A DNA stretch of 11,868 nt from Sulfurimonadaceae bacterium. GTDB lineage: Bacteria; Campylobacterota; Campylobacteria; Campylobacterales; Sulfurimonadaceae. The position numbers and the translations under genes were made by a program. Shown here piece after piece: positions 8,052 to 11,868 of the stretch. The stretch covers positions 1-11,868 of the forward strand of contig JBFFUI010000050.1 in the NCBI GenBank assembly GCA_041571435.1. The letters run 5' to 3'. The notes under the pieces were generated by a model. The model saw only the letters and a list, made by a program, of their open reading frames with translations, made no database searches and was not told where the DNA came from. Each line of letters starts with the position of its first letter. Within the stretch, counting starts at the first letter, position 1.

Positions 8052-10445
8052 ATGAAAAACAATGAGTATAACGAATTAAATCAGGCCATCGAAGACTTCT
8101 CATTAACACTGGAGAAGCGCGTTGACTACGATCGGTTGTCATTTTTATATATGTCTCTGCCTTTTATCCTGATCGGCCACCTGCTGGGTTCCCTCCTCTT
8201 TAGCGCCCTGCAGTACCAGGTGGTCGACACCTACTCCATCGCTATCTGGCTGGCTCTGAGTTTTTTTGTCATCTTATGGCGATGGTACCATTTTATAGAG
8301 TTTAAAAACGTCAACGAGGCAACGAAGCTCAAAAAGTCTACAAAATGGTTACACCACTACTATATTGATGTCATCATGAGCGGTGTCGTATGGGGATGGA
8401 GTGCCCTGCTTCTCTTCCCGACAGACAACTACATGGGTCAGATCATCGTTATGGTCTTTATATTTGCTGTCAGTTTTGCGACCATCAGCTCACTCTCTTC
8501 AAAATTGATGCTTTTGCTCTTATATCTTGCGGTCGCCTTCTCACCGCTTGTCACCAGACTTGTCGTTTTGGATGCGCCCTACGCCTTTTCCGCATTGATC
8601 ATTGTGCTTGCCCTGGTCGCACTGCTTGTCTTTATTGCCGAATTTTTTGGTGCCATCATCAACAACTCTCTCGCAAATCACCAAAACTTTGTGCAGGTAA
8701 AGCATGAACACGACACGCTTAAAGAGCGCTTTTTTTCGCTCTTTGAGCGGGCGCCGGTCAGTATTTTTTACTTTGATGAAGACCTCAAGATCATTGATTC
8801 GAATGAACGTTTCGTTAAACTTCATAATATCGACAAGCTGACACTGATGCGTCAAAACCTGACGCAGATAAAAAACCAGGAGGCCCTTAACCAGTTCAAG
8901 ACTGTGTTTGACAACAACTCCGGCTATTACCGTGGTGTCTTCACGCCTATAAAATCGGACAGACAGCTCTTTGTCGAGTTGAGTACCGTGCCTCTGATAG
9001 ACAGCACCAACACTATCACAGGCGGCATATGCATCCTCGACGACATCACCGCCGAAGTCGATGCCAAAGAGGAGATCCTTCGTCGGGTCTACTACGATAT
9101 TTTGACCAACGTTCCAAATCGGACACTCTTTATGGACCGCCTTGAGCGTGCCCTTTTTACCTCAAAAAACCACAACAAGAAAGGTGCCGTTATCTATATT
9201 GACATCGATAACTTCAAATCTTTCAATGACACACTGGGACATCATAACGGCGATGTCCTGCTCCAACAGATCGCCAACAGAATCGGCCGTTTAGGCAGAG
9301 AAGAGAACTCTGTTGCCAGACTCAGCGGTGATGACTTTGTCATATTGATAACAGAGCTTCCGCATCAATATGACGAAGCGAAAGAGAAAGCGATGTTGAT
9401 CGCCAAGAGTTTTAAAGACCAGTTTCTTCAGCCCTTTATCATCAACGGCCAGGAGTATCATGTCAACATAAGCATGGGGGTCTCGTTTTTTCCAAACAGC
9501 AATGAATCACCCTACGACGTTCTTAAACGCGCCGAAACAGCAATGTACCATGCCAAAAAACTGGGCCGAAACCGCATAGAGTTCCATCAGACAGATATGG
9601 ATAAAGAGATCTCGGTGATACTGGATGTTGAGAACAGACTGCGTGCCGCGATCAAGAACAAAGAGTTTGAACTCTTCTACCAGCCTCAAGTCAATATATC
9701 GACGAACACCATCGTCTCAGCCGAAGCACTGATCCGCTGGCGACAAAAAGATGGCAGCTATGCCATGCCGGGACAGTTTATCCCTATTGCAGAGGCGAGT
9801 GGACTGATCATACCGATGAGTGCATGGATCCTGGAGACGGCCATCAAACAGATGATCAGATGGAAAGCCCAAGATGCGCCTCTTGAGATAGAGAGGATTG
9901 CTATCAACATCAGTGCCATACATTTTGCACAGGTGGACTTCGTAGAGCAGATCAAGGTTATACTCGGCAAGTATGCGCTCGATCCGAAACACATTGAACT
10001 TGAGTTAACTGAAAGTATCGCATTGACAAACATTGAAGAGACGATCCAGAAGATCGAAGAGTTGAAAAAGATCGGTATCTCATTTGCCCTTGACGATTTC
10101 GGTACAGGTTATTCATCGCTTTCATACCTCAAACGTCTTCCTATCGACTACCTTAAGATCGATCAGACCTTTATCAAGAACATGATGGTCGACAAGGAGG
10201 ACAAGCTGATTACGGACACCATTGTGTCGGTCGCACAGGCCTTTCAGCTCAAGGTCATCGCCGAAGGCGTTGAAGAGTCTGAGCAGCTTGAGCATCTTAA
10301 ATCTATCGATTGTGACCTCTATCAGGGCTACCTTCATAGCAAGCCTCTGGCAGTTGAAGATTTTGAGAACTTGCTCAGTCGCTCTACTATCTCTGATATG
10401 CAGAACGGTTCAACTGATAGACAAAAGAGCCCAAGCCCAGTATAA
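8052..10445 (+). CDS. Membrane-anchored PAS-GGDEF-EAL cyclic-di-GMP signalling protein (probable phosphodiesterase)
   Basis: About six N-terminal hydrophobic helices; PAS-like segment (FFSLFERAPVSIFYFD...GGICILDDIT); GGDEF domain (DILTNVPNR, IDIDNFKSFNDTLGH, ARLSGDDF); EAL domain (YQPQ, EALIRW, INIS, ELTES, DDFGTGYSSLSYL, KIDQ, AEGVE, QGY). Start placed at ATG 8052 (SD AGGT 8043-8046) rather than the TTG at 8037. Confidence 0.93.
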   Translation: MKNNEYNELNQAIEDFSLTLEKRVDYDRLSFLYMSLPFILIGHLLGSLLFSALQYQVVDTYSIAIWLALSFFVILWRWYHFIEFKNVNEATKLKKSTKWLHHYYIDVIMSGVVWGWSALLLFPTDNYMGQIIVMVFIFAVSFATISSLSSKLMLLLLYLAVAFSPLVTRLVVLDAPYAFSALIIVLALVALLVFIAEFFGAIINNSLANHQNFVQVKHEHDTLKERFFSLFERAPVSIFYFDEDLKIIDSNERFVKLHNIDKLTLMRQNLTQIKNQEALNQFKTVFDNNSGYYRGVFTPIKSDRQLFVELSTVPLIDSTNTITGGICILDDITAEVDAKEEILRRVYYDILTNVPNRTLFMDRLERALFTSKNHNKKGAVIYIDIDNFKSFNDTLGHHNGDVLLQQIANRIGRLGREENSVARLSGDDFVILITELPHQYDEAKEKAMLIAKSFKDQFLQPFIINGQEYHVNISMGVSFFPNSNESPYDVLKRAETAMYHAKKLGRNRIEFHQTDMDKEISVILDVENRLRAAIKNKEFELFYQPQVNISTNTIVSAEALIRWRQKDGSYAMPGQFIPIAEASGLIIPMSAWILETAIKQMIRWKAQDAPLEIERIAINISAIHFAQVDFVEQIKVILGKYALDPKHIELELTESIALTNIEETIQKIEELKKIGISFALDDFGTGYSSLSYLKRLPIDYLKIDQTFIKNMMVDKEDKLITDTIVSVAQAFQLKVIAEGVEESEQLEHLKSIDCDLYQGYLHSKPLAVEDFENLLSRSTISDMQNGSTDRQKSPSPV

Positions 10446-11034
10446 ACCCGCCCCAAAAGAGGTAGACCGGGAAATACTCCGGTATGTTCTGGTCGATAAC
10501 AGCATATCCCGGGATCAAAAAAGAGGTAATGATCATGGCAGCTGAAAGGGCTTCAACTAAAAGGAACGTACGGCTGAAGTCAAAAAATAGACCCTCTTCA
10601 TTACGCTGCAAAACAACGGTCCCGGCATAGACAAGGCCCAACGAGACAAGGAGAGGTGCCCAGACCGGACCGGCCCAGGGCATAGGGATCAAAAAGAGGA
10701 TGTCCCAGCCGGCCAGACTCTCCGGCCAATCCAGCATCATCTTCAAAAACAGGTAGTAAAAGATGTCCCAGATGCCAAAAAGCACCATAAAGGCGGCCAA
10801 CTGGCTCTGCAATCGTTCATAGACAAGCTTGACAGTAGCCCACATGATGACCAAGGTGGCAAGTTCTCTGAACAGTTCCGTAACGATCATACGGTTCTCT
10901 GCGATCACGACCGGAAAGCTAAATCCTTCCGGGTAATAGATCGCCCGCAGATAGACAACGACCGAGGCTTCTATGTAGGCAAAGGCAACGCCCCATACCG
11001 TCAGCCAGAACAACGCGCTTTTGACATTCACCAT
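10387..11034 (-). CDS. Integral membrane protein of unknown function
   Basis: 215 aa with about 6 hydrophobic segments, ATG start and tandem TAG TAG stop (10389-10384). Motif-like W/D/E/P-rich segments: EASVVVYLR, RELATLV, FGIWDIFYY, WPESLAGWDILFLIPMPWAGPVWAP. No clear SD. Confidence 0.85.
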   Translation of the reverse strand: MVNVKSALFWLTVWGVAFAYIEASVVVYLRAIYYPEGFSFPVVIAENRMIVTELFRELATLVIMWATVKLVYERLQSQLAAFMVLFGIWDIFYYLFLKMMLDWPESLAGWDILFLIPMPWAGPVWAPLLVSLGLVYAGTVVLQRNEEGLFFDFSRTFLLVEALSAAMIITSFLIPGYAVIDQNIPEYFPVYLFWGGFILGLGSFVYQLNRSAYQR

Positions 11035-11057
11035 GGAGAGACTTTTCTATCGACTTG

Positions 11058-11081
11058 TATCATAGATAAAGTTTATCATAG
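11058..11081. promoter_or_regulatory. Candidate operator/promoter: TATCATAG direct repeat around a GATAAA-g-TTTATC palindrome
   Basis: TATCATAG at 11058-11065 and 11074-11081; 6-1-6 palindrome at 11065-11077. On the minus strand each repeat contains TATGAT, a plausible -10 for the 215-aa gene. Confidence 0.4.
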
Positions 11082-11195
11082 TATTTGACCTTTTGCATAT
11101 ACTCTATTTTCTTACGCAACAAGGCCCGATATCGGTCATAACGTCCGGCAAATTAAATAGATATAAAATATTTCCCGGTATCCGATATGGGGTTC

Positions 11196-11221
11196 TGGAG
11201 TGAATATTGCACCGCTATAAT
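11196..11221 (+). promoter_or_regulatory. Promoter region of the ADP-ribosylhydrolase gene: -10 GCTATAAT plus possible sigma54 -24/-12
   Basis: GCTATAAT at 11214-11221; TGGAGTGAATATTGCA at 11196-11211 has GG-N10-GC spacing; SD GGAG at 11233-11236. Confidence 0.5.
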
Positions 11222-11244
11222 CAACAGAAAACGGAGTAGACACG

Positions 11245-11868
11245 ATGAACAGACCGACACAACACGATGCGATAAAAGGGGCCTTTTTCGGCGCCATCGT
11301 AGGCGACGCCCTCTGCCTGGGCAGCCATTACGAGTACGACGCCCGGAAGATCTACGCGGCCTACGGCAACAAACCCATCGAGAAGTTCATGTCGCCGGGC
11401 GAGATGATGGGCGGTCAGACCCACGGCATCGGCTGGGGCGAGCGCAACTACCACCCCGGCAAAAAGGCAGGCGGGACGACCGACTACGGCGACTACAACA
11501 TCCTGATCCTCGAACATCTGGCCACCATGGGCAACCCGCCCGAACCCTTCAGCGTCGAAGCGCTGATACCGCACTGGAAGTACCGTCTGGAGAACGGCTG
11601 GGGCTCGTGGATCTGCACCATGACGAAAGAGACCTATGCCCAGGTGAGGTTCAAGTACCCCGTCTCCAAACTCGGCGGGATCTCCAACGCCATGGCCATC
11701 CGCCACGTCGCGGCGCACGGCTATTGTGACAATGAGGAGGCGCTCGTCGACACCGCACGCAAAGCGATGTTCACCCACACCAACGAAGAGGCCCTCGGCG
11801 GCGGCGAGTTCTTCGCACGGGTGACCCACCGCGTCATCAACGGCGCAACCCCGTTCGAAGCCATAGAG
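11245..11868 (+). CDS. ADP-ribosylglycohydrolase-family protein (DraG/ARH/J1-crystallin superfamily), 3'-truncated by the window
   Basis: Not in the ORF track because it has no stop in the window. Manual translation of 208 open codons: MNRPTQHDAIKGAFFGAIVGDALCLGSHYEYDARKIY...RNYHPGKKAGGTTDYGDYNILILEHL...AMFTHTNEEALGGGEFFARVTHRVING. It shows the family N-terminal G-x3-G-x3-GDAL helix, the metal-site Thr-Asp region and the later TH motif. Good SD and strong G/C third-position bias in this frame. Confidence 0.85.
   Translation, partial: MNRPTQHDAIKGAFFGAIVGDALCLGSHYEYDARKIYAAYGNKPIEKFMSPGEMMGGQTHGIGWGERNYHPGKKAGGTTDYGDYNILILEHLATMGNPPEPFSVEALIPHWKYRLENGWGSWICTMTKETYAQVRFKYPVSKLGGISNAMAIRHVAAHGYCDNEEALVDTARKAMFTHTNEEALGGGEFFARVTHRVINGATPFEAIE

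Noticed and set aside
11187..11829. Track ORFs 11187..11729 (+, 180 aa) and 11221..11829 (-, 202 aa)
   Set aside because: Both are shadows of the high-GC3 ARH frame starting at 11245. The plus one is Arg-rich nonsense, and neither has recognisable motifs.
11245..11868. Calling the hydrolase draG, or a selenoprotein
   Set aside because: It lacks the canonical TDD motif and any nif/draT context in the window, and no in-frame TGA occurs in the visible 208 codons.
1..11868. CRISPR array, tRNA/rRNA, riboswitch, IS or integrase
   Set aside because: Intergenic gaps are at most about 210 nt and show no regularly spaced repeats, cloverleaf or recognisable aptamer motifs. No ORF has recognisable DDE or recombinase motifs. 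This is by eye only; an Infernal/Rfam scan would be decisive.

Overview
Mostly core chromosome of a Campylobacterota (Sulfurimonas/Sulfuricurvum-like; taxonomy inferred from the lolA<>secA-lolC/E arrangement, protein character and GCTATAAT -10 boxes). The left ~7.9 kb is an envelope-biogenesis block: a 1066-aa AsmA/YhdP-like protein (+), convergent with a translationally coupled secA-lolC/E (LolF-type) pair (-), which is divergent from lolA (+). The right ~4 kb looks accessory. It holds a membrane-PAS-GGDEF-EAL c-di-GMP enzyme with a non-canonical SGDDF site and an intact EAL domain, a convergent overlapping 215-aa membrane protein of unknown function, and a truncated ADP-ribosylglycohydrolase-family gene (11245 to window end) that the ORF track missed. 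That last gene is much more GC-rich than the rest. No RNA genes, CRISPR arrays or transposases were seen. I found no clear-cut novel system. The best lead is the divergent pair formed by the unknown membrane protein and the high-GC ADP-ribosylhydrolase, together with their motif-rich spacer.
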